64,000 nucleotides of DNA from Zygnema circumcarinatum SAG 698-1b (taxonomy: Eukaryota; Plantae; Zygnematophyceae): assembly GCA_037447605.1 (NCBI GenBank), contig CM074808.1:1302001-1366000 (forward strand). The letters are read 5' to 3'. The translations under genes were made by a program, and so were the position numbers. Each line of letters begins with the position of its first letter. Within the stretch, counting starts at the first letter, position 1. This document shows positions 33,175 to 49,834 of this stretch, one piece after another. The notes under the pieces are model-generated. The model saw only the letters and a program-made list of their open reading frames with translations, was not told where the DNA came from and did not search any database.

Positions 33175-36100
33175 TCAATGAAGTGAAAGTAATGGGCTGG
33201 ACTTAGAAAGCCAACCCTTCTTGCCTTCCGAAGAGCGCTTACACCCACACACATACGATTTTCCCCGTGGACCTTTGGGTTTCAGTAGGCTCCCTTCATG
33301 GTCCAAGAGTGCTGTCTGAGTCCGCGTATTGTCCTGTCCCGGCGTAGAAGTGCTTTCCAATGTGTTGTCGTGTTGAGGACCAGCAGAGCAGGGCAGTCTA
33401 ACTTCCACTTTACCCGGTGCAGCTGAAGAGTCGATAGACGAAACACCACTTCCTTTAATATGGCAGACGCTGGCAAACTGATGGAGAGCGCGATCAAACT
33501 GAGATCCCTGACAGAAGGAAAAGGACATCACAGCCGACGAAACAATTATGCGCAGGCAGCCATTTTCTTACAAGAACAGGTCGACGCAATGAAGACACCA
33601 GCAGTTTAGTTAAAAAACACAAGTGCCTCCAGTCAGTAAAGACCTTCATGGAATGGAATTTCGAAGAAGGTATCTAATGTACAATAGAGTCGACATACCT
33701 CCCAGTACAGGTGGCGGCAAACTGAGCATTGCCAGAACTCTGAAACGTTCTTCAAAGCACAGGGAGGCAGCACCTGTGTCCACACTGCAGCTGCAAGGGC
33801 TTCCGAAGAACTAAGAGGAGTTGGGTTAAAAAGCCCGTTACAGCGAATGCATCGAGAAAGAAGTTGATCTTCCTGTATCTCCAGACGGAAAGCTGTGATA
33901 ATCTGTACGAATAGTGAACAAAGAGCGATGTCAGAATTCTGCGGCACTTGTGCACGAGGACTTGTCAAGCTTTTGCTATGTCATCATCAGACGGAAAGCA
34001 CATGCATTGTGTTTGGTAATCAATTCAGGAAGACCTTGATATGACAGGAGGTAAAAAGACTCAGTCCCATACTCACCTCGCGCAGCTGATCTTGCTTGCC
34101 CAGATTTTTTACATAAAACACGAGCTGGGGGGGAACAATGCGTCTACGAACAAGCTTGACATCTCGAGTTAACAGCACACGTCCCTCAGCTTCCACCTTC
34201 TCGACCATCTGCCTGTTCCAAGACATGGCGATAGGGTTGATCTCAAGTCTTTGCGATAACGACTAGCAAAGCATGCACAGGAATACAAACGCTCAGCAGT
34301 CATTCACGTGACCCTGATGACTTTGCAGCTGAACCTTCTGCATTGACCTCTGGCCAAGGGAACAGAAGGAAAGCCAATATGTAGTTTACATACCTCAATT
34401 CAATCTTCTTAGAGCCGGTTGAGGCTGCATCGATTCCTACACAACGGAGCTGCCTGGCCAGTCCTTCCACCTGCAGCCACACCTAAATCCAACCTCAAAA
34501 ATGGCCACTGCCGTTCTTGATTTGGAAACTTTTTGTGCATGTTAACTGGAGCAATCTTTTTTACCCGTCCTTTCAGGTCTTAAAACGTCTGACATGCCAA
34601 GCTAGAATACAACACACTCTTAGCACCACAGGCATAGCATTATTTGCAATTCAAGCAGTTCAAACCGACGACTTGTCTCCTGAACAGTGCTCTTTCGTAG
34701 TCACAGCACCACCATTGTTTTGAACCATAAACGCAAGACTTTCTCGTAGCCCATCTACCACAGCTTCTTAGGAAGAAATGCTTTAAAGTCAATATATGGA
34801 AAATGATTTTACACATCCATACTAAAAATGAAAAGCAATTAGAAATAGTTTATAAAGTTATAGGGTAATAAGCATCGTGAGTAAGAATAGAAGTGCCTGT
34901 GAAAATGCATAAATTGAATAATGAAAAAATATAGTGAAAAGTACACCTTTGCACACTCAGGACAAGGATATCCCATACGCTTTGCAAAAAAGTTGAACGT
35001 GTCTAAATAAATATTATTTCTATCATTTAATCAAAACAACAATGGCGGAAAGTTCGTGTTGACCTTCTGGACCTCGCTGAGAATATACAGCTATTGGTCC
35101 AAGTATGCTACAAGTCTAAACTGAGTATTCATGGCTGACAAGATGAACATTCAAAAGTTGGGAGACCCCAAATTTTTGACACGTTGGCATGTAAACGGAC
35201 TTCCATCAATTCCAGAAATAGCAGGCAACAGTATCAAAATAAATATGAGACCTCGTTAATAACAGAGAAAATACATCCAAGAGAGAGCCCACAGGACAGA
35301 TACCCACCATAGTGTCACAAAGGAACCTGGGCACTCCATCTCCACCACATAGCTGGTCCCAAGGTGCTGGCCCCACCCATTCTATGAGGCCTTCTTGCTC
35401 TTTCGTTTGTCCTATACCTGATGCAGGTCCTTTTCGTCGGCGATTCTTCCTCGGTAGACTCACATGCTTTGTCTCGTGTATACTGAGTCTTTCTCCGAAG
35501 TCTTCAATCGCCACTCGCCAAGTTGGGTTCCATATGCAGTTGCCCTCCTCAGTTCTCTCTTCATGTGTATCGCATCCAACTTCTTCACATTCATCTACTG
35601 CTACCCTCAGTATACCATCATTACTTTGACTCCTACCTCCTGCTTTCACGGATTCAGTTCTTAAACCTTCAGTGCATATGGACCTTCTTGCCAGGAGTAC
35701 ACCAGCTGCTTCGGCAGCAGCAGTTGCATTTTCACCTGGCCTTGCATTAAAAGGACGAAAGGTATATTCTCTGAGGCGGGAAGCTACTAAATGTACAGAG
35801 ACTCCAGATTCAGTTGAAGTGTGAGAAACATAGTCAGAAAGACTAACATCCAGAAGTTCTGCAAGGCCAACGGATGGCCGAATAGGATCTGCACAAGGCC
35901 AATATATACAATGATAACATGTTCCTTGTATAAGTCAGGAGGAATGCTTTTTTTTCTCAGGTTAAGGTCACTAAGGTTGGAATCACCATAAAAACGCAGA
36001 GAGACCAGCTAGGGCACATCCTATGACCATCGCTTGCATCGCTTGTCGATTCATAACCACGATAATTCGCTTCAACACGAAATGTTGTACTCCTCACTTC

Positions 36101-37844
36101 TTTCAATTGAAAAATGAGGAATTTTCAGTAGGAAACTGAAACCTCAAAGTTGTCATTGGCTTCAACCATGTGCTTAACGGTCAAGGACTCTTCTCCTATG
36201 ACATAGGAATTTTGGGAGCTCTTACGACAACTCAAGCTTGAAAAACGTGCAAAGTGACGTACTCTGGCCGGTGATCTCTTCTGTAAGCTTCTCAAAAACG
36301 TCCATCAAGCAAAAGGCATCAGCTGCAGCATACTCCAGCTGCTCAGGTGAGAGGGGCCTTTCCTCCCAATTGCTGCATTGGAGTTCCTGCAACGAAATAA
36401 TTATAGCTAAGTCAACCAATTTTCAGGTTACCAACCATAACAACACAGGATAAACCTTCTGTACAACACATCAGTTGAAATCTACAAACGTAAGAGAGCT
36501 AAGAGCAGAGACCAAAAATCATTTAAAAGACTACAGTCCTAACTCCGAGCTACAGGAAGACAACGAACAGGGTAAGTACTAATGGACCTTGCAGAGCGGC
36601 TGGCCAATGACACTTTGAACTACTCCGGAAAGCCCCCCTCCAGCAATTGCAGATGGCCGGCGATGATGCTTCCATTTTGTCGATTCATGTCCTTTATCCA
36701 ATCTGATGTTGCGATACATCCTCCCCAAATCCACATAAGGCTCTACCTACAGAGCAACCCTACAAACGTCAAACGGGCTCAATGGCCTCTGATATACACT
36801 TGCTGTATTCACATACCTGCGCCATATAAGGCGCGTCGACCATACTTACGCCCATCTCCAGAGTACAATGACGATTCTGTGGAAACAATAATCAATTCCC
36901 GCACAACCATGGCCAAATATCTTGCAAAAATGTATAGCCAAATCTCGAGGGTCAGCTCAAGATGTCATTTTCAGCCACGAGGTGCGCTACACGACAGCTT
37001 TCCACAAAGACGCTCTCGAACTGCAACGGACATACGCTTATTGGAATCAAGTATGTGAGACTCGATGTTCTGTGTTCTGAGCAAATTTTGAATCAAGGAC
37101 ATAGCGCTTTCGACTGGCTCTATGCGGATACAAAAAAAAAAAAAAAAAACAACCATGACGTGCCATCGCACTTACTACATAAGTTCCGGCATTTGCGCTC
37201 TAAGGAAACCCATTAAGTTTCAGCCATTCGAAGGAGAACTTAGCAATTGACAGTACCAGCAGGGGAATCAACAACAGCTGATTTACCTCATCAAAGCAGT
37301 GCACACCAGGGAAACTAGCTGCCAAAAACCGCATGTCATCTCGTAAGGCGTATCCAAGCTTGAGAGTACGCTTCGATTGCAGCATCTTTTGCAAAGGATA
37401 AGCAAAGATGTCTGGCGGCAGAGCCAGCATGTCCAATATGTATACTGCTTCCTGTGAGTGGCTCGCGGAATTTAAATCCTCAAGAAGTCTGTTTTGTTCT
37501 TGCACAAGTTCTCCAGGGCCAGAGTAGCCCTTATGCGCCCTGTCATCTTCATTATGCGTGCTTTCACGAGTTTCAAGTAGCTGTCCGAAGCGCCCTTCAA
37601 ACTGAATAGGTAACGGCAGTCTGCATGCTACCTGCAAGATGGAGACTCTAGGCATCTTGCTCGCCGTCTGGCCTGAACGCGAAACAAGTGGTTTCCATTC
37701 GGCATCCAGTCCTACAAGGACAGCGCGGTCTAATACATCAGAAAAGGCTGCGAAAGATGCTGGCGAATCCACGAAGAACACTAGATCCGGAGAAATGGGC
37801 ATTCTCCAAAAAAACGAATGAGCTTCAGGACGTGCGACTTCCAT
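33175..37844 (-). CDS. DEDDy 3'-5' exonuclease with Mut7-C (PIN-like + zinc ribbon) domain; mut-7/EXD3-related; start could be further upstream (ORF open to 38093)
   Basis: Exo I VGLDAEWKP, Exo II GYALRDD, Exo III YAAADA; Mut7-C motifs RFLCDTMVEGLARQLRCVGIDA, RVLLTRD, SRCIRCNG and FWQCSVCRHLYWEGSQ. Confidence 0.9.
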
Positions 37845-39117
37845 GGCCCTCCTTCTTGTGGCTGCAAAATCAGAGGCAGACAGGCGGCAAGAACTCCATG
37901 CTCTGCCAAGACGGGCGGGAAGAAGGGCAGAAGACGCTTGCAGGGAGAAAGACGGGGCCCTGAACGGACAAGCAAGTGGGCCGGCCACGTGCCCGCTCGC
38001 GAATCTATCACCGTTGGATTTCGGCGTGCGATATTTCAGGACGACGTGGACCATTGGATATGCCACACATGGTTTTCCCCCCAGCTCGCTCAAGTTTAGA
38101 CCGTCTCCTTTGCAAGTACGGGACCCCTTTCAAAGACGGAGAGGCCATCGCTTGGAGCAGACTGCGAAATTTTCAATATTCGGGCATCTACCAATGCCCG
38201 GATTGCGACGTATGCAAAACGATGACGTGGCGTGTCCCCATTGGATGACGCCCACCATGGTTTTTCCACAATGGAGAAGAGACCGTACAGGAGCATAGTG
38301 CTGATCTGCTGACCCTCGTGGGAACGGAAAACCGAAGGGGGGGGGACGAACGGAGCGCGTTCGAGTTCACATTACCAGAACGGCCCAGCGCAGTAATCCG
38401 TACTGTGCTGAATCGGACGAGCTATCCAGCCACGTCACCGCCAGGTGTGAACACAGCTTCCAACGACGGCGGCGTGTTCCCTCGTGTGAGCGGCACCCGG
38501 CCCCGGCCGGCTCCCAGCTCGCCGGGAGACCGCGGGTACGTGGCGTCGCCGTGGCACGATCTCGTACCGTCCATTCCCATCCGACGGCCAGGAGCTTTCC
38601 AAAGCGGGTGACGTATCCGCAACTGGATTTTGCACCTCCATGAACCGGGTACGGCTTTGCCTTTCCAGTTCAGAATCCGTCTCGCACGCCACTTCCTACT
38701 GGAAACATGTGATACTCGTTCTGAAACGGTCCCCGAGAGCTTGGGGCCAATGGGGAGGCAGGCACCGCCATCCCGCCCGTCGCGGGCAGCGCTCGGGGGG
38801 GCGAAGTGGTCCCAAACGGAGGTGCCCCCCTGGATGGGAGGCCGGCCCGGGCCTGCTACTGCTGCCTGCTGCCCATGCTCCGCTGGGCCTGGGCCAGGGC
38901 TTGCCACGAGCCACGGAGTCTGCAGACACTACTGCTGCTGCCAGCAAGCAGCTACGCTGTAACTCCTGCAGGGAAGCAGTTTGGCTGGGCGGCGTGTAGG
39001 GAGGGAGGGAGTGAGGGAGGAAGGGAGAGGGGGCGGCCAAAATCCAGCGTTTGCTAGCACAGGGAGAGGAGGAAGTCAGCTTGGAGTGGGAGGAGACAGG
39101 GAGTAAGGAGGTTCAGG

Positions 39118-42100
39118 ATGGAGAAAGTCGCGATTGCGCAGAGTATGGCAACTTGTTCAGTCAGGAATGGCTGCTTGTACATCAGCGGCTTGCATGTGCC
39201 CGCGGTAGCTGGGAAGGTGTCTCCTGATACGTGTAAACTAGACTGCAGTATGTTTGGAAGACTTCCAGGCTTGGATAAATCTGGTGGTATTGACTTTCGA
39301 GGCCTCTCGTCAAGGGCTGCAAAAGGACGTTGTCCTTCTGAGTGGAAGAAGAGAACCGTTTGCGTCATGGAGGTTAGTGGAGTTCAGTTCAATCGGATAC
39401 CGGTTAATGAAATGTAGAATATTTTGAAGACACAATCCGCTTTTTCATTCATAGAGTTTGGCAGCCACAGTATTATTTTGAAACACGCACTGGTGTCATC
39501 CTTTCCCGCTGGAGAAAACTTGACATTTTTCAGAGAATTTTTTGCCTCACCTTTTCACCGACCTAATTCTTCCCGACTTATTCGAAGGCGATGTGGTTGC
39601 TGTTTTGGGGGTGGATTGATACAGCCACCGAGTAAGGAGATGAATCCAGCAAGCATCAGTATAGGTGAAGGATTCTCTCCCGTGGGCGATAGCAAGAGAA
39701 CGGCATACTCTGGTCGATGGAGAGTGCTTCCAGATATGTGGAAGACGCTAGCAGAGCTTCATGGCGACTCCATTGCCCTCTACGATCCACATCGTACTGG
39801 CAAAGAAGTTACTTATCGTGAGGTTAGCTCACAGTTTGCATCATAAAATGTTGACACCGCCATGCATTTTCTGAATTGCATGCATGAACCTACACGTGTT
39901 CGTTTGCTTCCTAACCCAGTATGCCCTTCAGGTGTCACGGAATGTTTATAGGGTCATTCAAGGATCCTGTTGATCGTCTTTGTTCTTTCTGGACAGTATT
40001 GTTTGACGTTCTCATTTATGCAACTGTCCTATCTGCAGTTGGAGCAATTGATCCTTGATTTTGGCGAGGGTATTCGCGTCTTCGGTGTCCAGCAAGGAGA
40101 TTGTGTTTCCTTATTCTCGGACAACTCATATCGGTGGATTATAGCAGACCAAGGTGAGTACTTTGCAATCAGAGGTGAGGTCATGTGCATTAAGCATTTG
40201 TCGTATAGAAATGTGGTTAGCTCTGGAAGGTATTTAAAAACCAAGTATTTCAGAGTTCCTGGATACCCCCCTTATAGTCGAGGAAGTACTCTTTCGTCTG
40301 TTAGGGGTAATGTCGATTGGAGCCTCGGATGCTGTACGGGGGGCAAAGGCTCCGCCGATTGAGCTGGCGAACATTGCAATCCATTCTGAGAGGTATGAAG
40401 GAGGTTGAATCCTTTTGCTTACACACACTTGGGACATGCTTGCAAGTGCTATGAATTTGTCGTCATTTTTAAATTATGACTGGCTCTTGATTATAATCCT
40501 ACACCTTGTTCAAGCAGTTTCCATTTCCTATGCAAGGCTCGAAGGGAATGCTCAAACATCAGTCAGTTTGAGATCTTTGTGCTTCTGACAATGCTTTGTT
40601 TTTTGCAGCTCTGCTTTGATTGTGGAGAGTGACGATCTCCTTGCCAAGCTTGCACCAAAGCTTCGGGAATCTCCAGAACTGGCGTCACGAGTAAAGTTTG
40701 CTGTTGTCCTATGGAGTGGAAAAAATGCTAGTAATGAAGCTGTAAAGGACCTGGATCTCCCTTTCGCTGTACACACTTATGAGGAGCTCATGGTTGCTGG
40801 TCGCACCAGCAGGCAAGCCCTTGCTGCTGCTGACGGAAGAGGTACAATACTTTGTCATTCATCGCTAACCTTTACAATTAGAGAGCAAACCTGGATAGTC
40901 TTGACCTTGCATACCAGCTTTCGCAGAGCGGCGGCTTGTATTGCCATAACAACTAAAGCATTCATATTCACATTGAATTGCCCCTTCTTTCAGGTCAACC
41001 AAACCTTCCTATTATTCGACCAGATGACATTGCGTCCATTGTATATACATCAGGAACGAGCGGAAATCCGAAGGGTGTAATGCTCACGCATGCCAACCTC
41101 ATGCACCAGGTTTGAAAATTCGTCCATTTCTTTCAGTGGCCATTGTCTGCAGAGGTTCACAGTGACTTTTTGGGGCCTCAAGCGTACGGAATCTCCATGT
41201 CCACTTCTGATGTCAGCTGTCTGTTTCTGAGCAGGTCAACAATTTGAATTCAGTCGTGACGCCATCGGCAGGTGACACAATATTGAGTCTCCTTCCTCCA
41301 TGGCATATGTATGAGCGTTCTGGAGAGTACTTCGTGCTCAGCCATGGAACCAAGCAAGTTTACAGCAGCGTCAAGACTTTTAAGGTTAGCTCTTAAGTCT
41401 GCCATGCTGCACAGGCTTTTATTCAGAGTTATGGCCTTACTTAGCGAGGTCCTCTGCAAAAAAAAAAGGGAGTTTCAGTGATTCAAAGAAGTCGGAGATG
41501 CTTTCCTGGCACTCTCCAACGAGGAAAAGGACGCTTTTTCTGCAGAGAAGTTCTTCAATTGGCAGCTTGTGCGCATTTTGCAGGAAGATTTATCCAAGTA
41601 TCCGCCAGATTATTTCCTTGCTGTGCCACTTGTGTTCGACATACTCTACAAGTGAGATTCTACAAATTTCCATTTTTTCCACTCGTGGCTCTCGTGTGTC
41701 GTGATCAGTTAAGCGTACTCCAAACAGCGAATTTGGAGTTTTCCAGAAGTGTAAAATGAACTTTCAGTGCTCCATCAGTCACTCATCCCTTGCAGTAGCT
41801 TGTCGGTCCTCCTCTCTCGTTGTAGTTCCGCTTATACAACGTATATACCTGCATTTGGGAATCACTCAGCTCAGAAAGAAATACAAAGACAGATTAACAA
41901 AACTTAATGCAGAGAAAGAAAGAGCTGACACCGCAGCCGGAGGTTCGTTTATTGCAGCGGAGTGCAGAAGAAGTTGGCAGAGGGTTCAAAGGCAAAGGCG
42001 AGCGTGGCACGGGGGCTGCTCGCTGCAAGTCAGCGATATGCCGCGGCTCTTCGCGTTCTCGGGGGTGCTGACCTTGCAGCTGCGCAGCGCTCAGAAGGGA

Positions 42101-44713
42101 GGCTGCAGGCGGCAGGAGAGTGGGTGATGGCAGCAGTCACGGCAGCTCTCCTGCTGCCATTGCACCTGTTGGCAGTCCGGCTGGTCTACAGCAAAATCCG
42201 AGCTGCACTTGGAATCAAGAAGGTATTATTCTAAGCGAGAGTCTTAATGGCTTTCATCTGCTTTTCCCTGCAGCAGGACTGATGGAGGCCTTTCATGGAG
42301 GACGGATGTGTAAGGGCCAGACTAGCAAGCCAAAGGGCAGAGTTTCTTAGAGAATGGCAGCTGCAACCATGACGTTCTTAATCATTCTCCTGGTTTTGGG
42401 GGTTATTGTTTTCTCGAATCTGACAGGCGGCCATCAGTGGAGGAGGAAGCCTTCCTCCTCACGTGGACAAGTTTTTTGCAGTGAGTAAAGATCTCTTTGC
42501 AACAATACTAGCACCAGTTCTGTTGTGCTTAACCAGAAAAGACAGCAGCAGCTCCTTGTTGCAAATGTTTTGAATGGCTGAAGCGAGATTGGCTCCCATA
42601 TTTTTCATTACTAATCACAGTTTGGCGTGTAACAGGCAATTGGATTAATGCTATTGAACGGCTACGGCTTGACTGAAACTTCCCCCGTTTTGAGTGCTCG
42701 AAAACCGGCCTGCAATGTACGTTTGCTGAACTCAGGCTGATTGTTAGGGAATGAGAATATCTTGCCGCTAAATCTTAGAAGGACCTGTCAAAGTTCATGA
42801 AATAGTAACCACGTCTGGGACAACTTTTATGGCGGTTATGACGCAGTCGTTTCAGAGCTGAAGGCTAACCCTATCTTGGGGGTGGCATTGCTGAGTCAGG
42901 TGCTAGGCACCGTTGGGACGCCGCTTCCAAAGACAGAGATCCGAGTAGTGGATCCAGAAACTGGCAGAGTTGTCCCAGTGGGATCAAAGGGCCTTGTCAA
43001 AGCTCGAGGTCCGCAGGTCATGAAGGGCTACTTTAAGGTAAGCCACGTGACACACCATTTTACCTTTACTGCTTGCACTTTATCGGGTCATAATACTCCT
43101 AACTGAACGAAATGTTCGTCAAGTCTATTGTGTCTTTCGAGGCAGTGCCAATTCGTTTCGAGGGCTATGTGCAGAATCCTGCAGCGACTTCGTCTGCAAT
43201 CGATTCTGAAGGTTTTTTCAATACTGGCGACCTCGGCTGGCTCGTGCCTGTGAGAAGCTTTGGAGGTGCTCGCAATTGCGGCGGTCAGCTGGTCTTGGAA
43301 GGGCGTGCAAAAGACACCATTGTTCTAGCCAATGGTGAGTGCGTCTGCCGGAAAACTGGAGAGTAGGAGAAAAATTGGACGTTGATCAATGCTGGTGCGT
43401 TTATTGCAGGTCTGCAGTTGTTGGCGATTATGGTATTGATAATGTGGATCTCATTTGAGTCTGTGTCTGTCTGTGTGTGTTGTTCCATTATCAGCCATTG
43501 CAGTGTTCATGCACAATTTGTCCATGCAATTCCATGAAGTTTAGTTGAAAGACCATGGCTTTAACATTTTTATTTCTCTTTGCTACTTAAATTTGTAAAA
43601 GTCGCCTGTTGCTTTGATGCTCGTGGTGATACTGATTAACGCTGCTGGTATTAATATACGAGTAGAAACCATGACTTTGTGTCGATTTTGACCACTGCGC
43701 TTTTAACGGAACAGGAGAGAATATCGAACCTGCTGGAATTGAAGAAGCAGTACTACGGAGCAAATTTATTCAGCAAGTGATGCTCGTAGGCCAGGTGAGT
43801 GCGTTCTCACTCCGTGGCTCCTTCCCTATTTCTGGCTTTTTCCTGCTGCCTGTTTGTACCTCGGAAAGGCAGAAGAAATGTGCGCAAAGCTGCCTGTCGC
43901 GATGAGCTTCACGACTGATTGTGTAGGCTTTGTTGCGATGTATGTCTTCTACAGGATGAAAGGAAAGTGGGGGCACTTGTAGTGCCCAACCAGGAAGAGC
44001 TTGATGCTGCCGTGGAGGCTCTCAAGAGAAGCAAGGGCAGTGACTGGCAGCCGACAGACAATGATGTGAAGCAGATTCTCCGCAAGGACATGGATAAGCA
44101 GTGAGACTCAATCCAGTGCCACCCCTCATCAGGCTGGGAACTCGGTCTTACATGTCGCTGATAACTTGGAGTCAGTTGAACCCCGTTTGGATGATAGCTT
44201 CAATTGCGGTTGGGTTACGGTCTTGTAATGCTCGACTTAATATCTCTGTTCTGCAAGGAGGAGCGCCATTTTCTCGGCTTTAAAGGGTGTTGCGGGGTTC
44301 TGATCCACTCTGTTCGGCTGAGTATTTGTATTGTGCAGATTGACTGCAGCGGGATGCATTCACGACCATGAACGAATTGGACCGTTCCTATTGCTTACAG
44401 AGCCATTTACGGTGGGAGCCTCCCTACCAACCCGGTTTTCCCTTTCCTGCCCTCTCTATAATTGTGGACTTCACTGCACTTGCTTGGCCAGGTGTCGCAC
44501 GTGTATTGCCATTCTGAGAAGCAGTTTTTATTCAGACGCATCCTTTTTTGTCTAAACAAATCTGACATGTATTTTTCTGTGGAACACCCGAATCTTTGTG
44601 TGTGGGTGGGGGGGCAGGTGGACAACGGGCTCCTCACTCCGACAATGAAAATGAAGAGGGAGGTGATTGTCAACCAGTACCAGGCAGAGATCGATAGTAT
44701 GTACCGCAGCTGA
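39118..44713 (+). CDS. Plastid acyl-activating enzyme / acyl-ACP synthetase (AAE15/AAE16-like), multi-exon
   Basis: Transit-like N-terminus, [55 protein letters not shown] and [10 protein letters not shown]. Confidence 0.92.
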
Positions 44714-45882
44714 TGAAGCGGCGCTTGCGTTTCTCCCGCATTCCTCAGGGCGACTTGCATAAAATATGTCTTCCTGATTTATGGGATCGCTTTCAGCAGC
44801 TATAGAGCGTCAGTGTGTATCACAGATCTGACGCAGATAAAGAGCTGTACGGCAGTTTGGGCGCCTGACCCTGAAGTGATTTGTCATGATGCATGCTTGC
44901 ATGCGTTGTAGTGGTTCACGCACGCGTACAACCGCTCCAATGTTGTATTTACACCAATGACACTTTCGAAATCTGAGCGTTTTTTCTTGAGATTCCCGGG
45001 GAAAACATCAACCTAGGAGTTTCGTTTTCTTTTTATCACTGCCTCCCGCCTGAGCGGCTGAATATGAGTAGTGGGTTTGCAGGGTAGGAGTCTGTGGTCT
45101 GTCTAAACAATGAACAATGAATGTACTTTCACTTAAATGAAAATACTGCAGTGCGATTCTCCGTTTCATTGACTGGTTGCAACTTTTTGCATAGACAACA
45201 TTTTTTACATGGATGAAAAACTAGAAAAGGGACTTCCCAAGGAGGAGAAAAAGCATGAGATTGCCAGCAGTGTTCCGTCGAAGGCAAACGGCATTGTAGA
45301 AAATCGAAGGATCAGTATTAGTCACGCTAATATTACCCAATATCCCCATTTTCAATGCACGGATTCCAGCATGGCTGTTATTCTGAGGTCGTGCGACCCT
45401 CGCTGACCTCGAGCTCTCTTACGTTCATGACAACAGCGCCACCTCTCTCTCGATGGCCATATACGGCCAATGCCTTATCGGAGGCGTCTCCATCCATTGA
45501 CGCATTGTAGGAAAGCAGCGAGTGCAGGTCATCGTGTATTCGTGCTGCTCCAATCTCGCGGGAGTCCACTGACTCTATTCAGCCTCCCCTTGCCCATCCC
45601 TCCCTGCTGGCAGGCTGCTGCTGTTTGCCAAGTTCCCACTCCCTGCTTTTGCCTGGTATCCACTCCATTTCCTTCGCCTGCTTTCCTTTGCGCAAGCAAA
45701 AAAAGCGAACTGTATCCTCGCATCCCATAGAATTCACAACACTCATCGCCTCTTCCTCTTCCTTTTCCTCTTCCTCTTTCCGCTTCTCCTCTCATCGACA
45801 GGGCCTGCCTGGCCTGGACGGCGCCACATCCCACTTTTCGCATTGTAGTGGCGACATTGCACCATCGCGCTGAGCATGCCGT

Positions 45883-45917
45883 GTGACGGCGCGTGACGCC
45901 ACGTGACGCGCGTGACG
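45883..45917. promoter_or_regulatory. Four phased GTGACG (TGACG/bZIP-type) sites upstream of pyrB
   Basis: Copies at 45883, 45893, 45903 and 45912, with CACGTG embedded at 45900. Confidence 0.55.
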
Positions 45918-46182
45918 GCGCAGGGGCGGAAGGAGGCCGCAGAGGGAGAGGGAGAGAGGGCATGGCCAGCCGGCTGCTGCTGCTTTCAGAGGCGCTCAGC
46001 GGCGAGCGGAGAGGCTGGCAGGGCTGGGTTCGGCCCGGCGTGCTGCTCGGCTGACTGGAGAATTTTCTGAGGGAGGATGGGGTTCTCGAAAATAGGTTTC
46101 TGAAAAAGCTAGTTTTTGGCTGCTCTCATAGCAAAACTTTGGCCAGTTGGCGCGTCACCCAGGCTGAGGGAGCTCCGCGATA

Positions 46183-48584
<2,402 letters not shown>

Positions 48585-49834
48585 TGACGTAAGGGAAGGT
48601 GCAGTTGGGCATAGGCGTAATTTCAGATTCACATCTTGGAAGGTCATCTATGCAGAGGGTCCCTGCCGCGGAACCTTATTTGGGGTTCTGAAGCATGAGA
48701 AATTAAGTTTTGTTAGCAAGGTGGTTTGTACCGTAGAGCCGTTCGGATGCAATTGCCATTGGGTTGGTAAATTCATGACTAAGCCATTCCTGATTACTGG
48801 AGAGATGTTTATAACCACGTCGAGTTCCGAAATGAAAATTCCTAGCCATCGATTAATCGCTAAAAAGGAGATCCGTACCCATCGGCTAATTGCTGAAGGG
48901 AAATTGGTAGCCGCTTACGAATGACTTACTAGACTCTTGACAAAACACATAGTAGGCGGCTAGATTTGTATTATCATTCTACTCTGAATAACGAACAGCC
49001 CCCCAAGAAGCGCTTACTTTAGCTTTTTTTAGTTTGCACTTTGCCGCGAGGTCTGCTAAGGAGCGTTAGTTAGTATATTTCGATGTGACTAGTAATGACC
49101 AACGACTCGTGTCTAAAGCCGTCACCAATAGCCGCGACTAGGGATGAATATCAGACAGCACGACATCCAACCGCCGTCAATACGTGTCCACAGCACCCTC
49201 CCCTCCCCTTACCTCCCCTGAGAGTCAGACTCACAAGACAACATAGGGGGGTCAATCCCAATCGTTGTTGGCATTCATTTTTCAAACCTGCCGTACATGT
49301 TTCCCGCGAAATAGGGTTCAAACAGACACGGCGACAGCAGTAGCAGCCCGCCCGAAGCGGAGCGGACCCGCCGAACCGGGGCCGGGCCAGGCTGGGCCGG
49401 GGCGGCAGCCGCCACGGCGCCATGCGTCAACTCGGACACGCGACGCGTGGCAGGCGCCTTCCCTGGCCCTTGCGCCAAATGCTGCGAGGACTTGCAAGGG
49501 AGGCGGCCCTTTGGAGGCTGCAAGGGAGAGAGAGGGAGAGGGAGAAGGAGAGCAGGGAGGGAGGGCCGGCATGCTCGACGCTGCAGGACAGAGAGAATCA
49601 AAGACGCACGTGAATATAAGAGTCCTTTCTTTTGGCAGGGCTGCTTTTGACTGGAATTAAAAGCATGGAGGTCTCGGGTGGAGTATCTTGTATTGTGAAC
49701 TGCAGGTAGGTACAGGGTTGGTCAGGATGAAAAGTGTTTTCAGCGCAGAAGGAAATGCGTTCTCGTTTGCAGATTATTTCAATTGCTTGTACTCAAGCCG
49801 CTCTCCTTAGGCGGGAGGAAAAGTAGAAGCTGGT

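Noticed and set aside
34964-34971. ATATCCTT U12-donor-like motif in a Mut7-C intron
   Set aside because: It lies mid-intron with no matching branch site and AC; the flanking exons join by normal GT-AG.
37976-38248. ORF containing CPDCDVC (zinc-ribbon-like)
   Set aside because: It lies in a divergent promoter and lacks a second Cys pair or other support.
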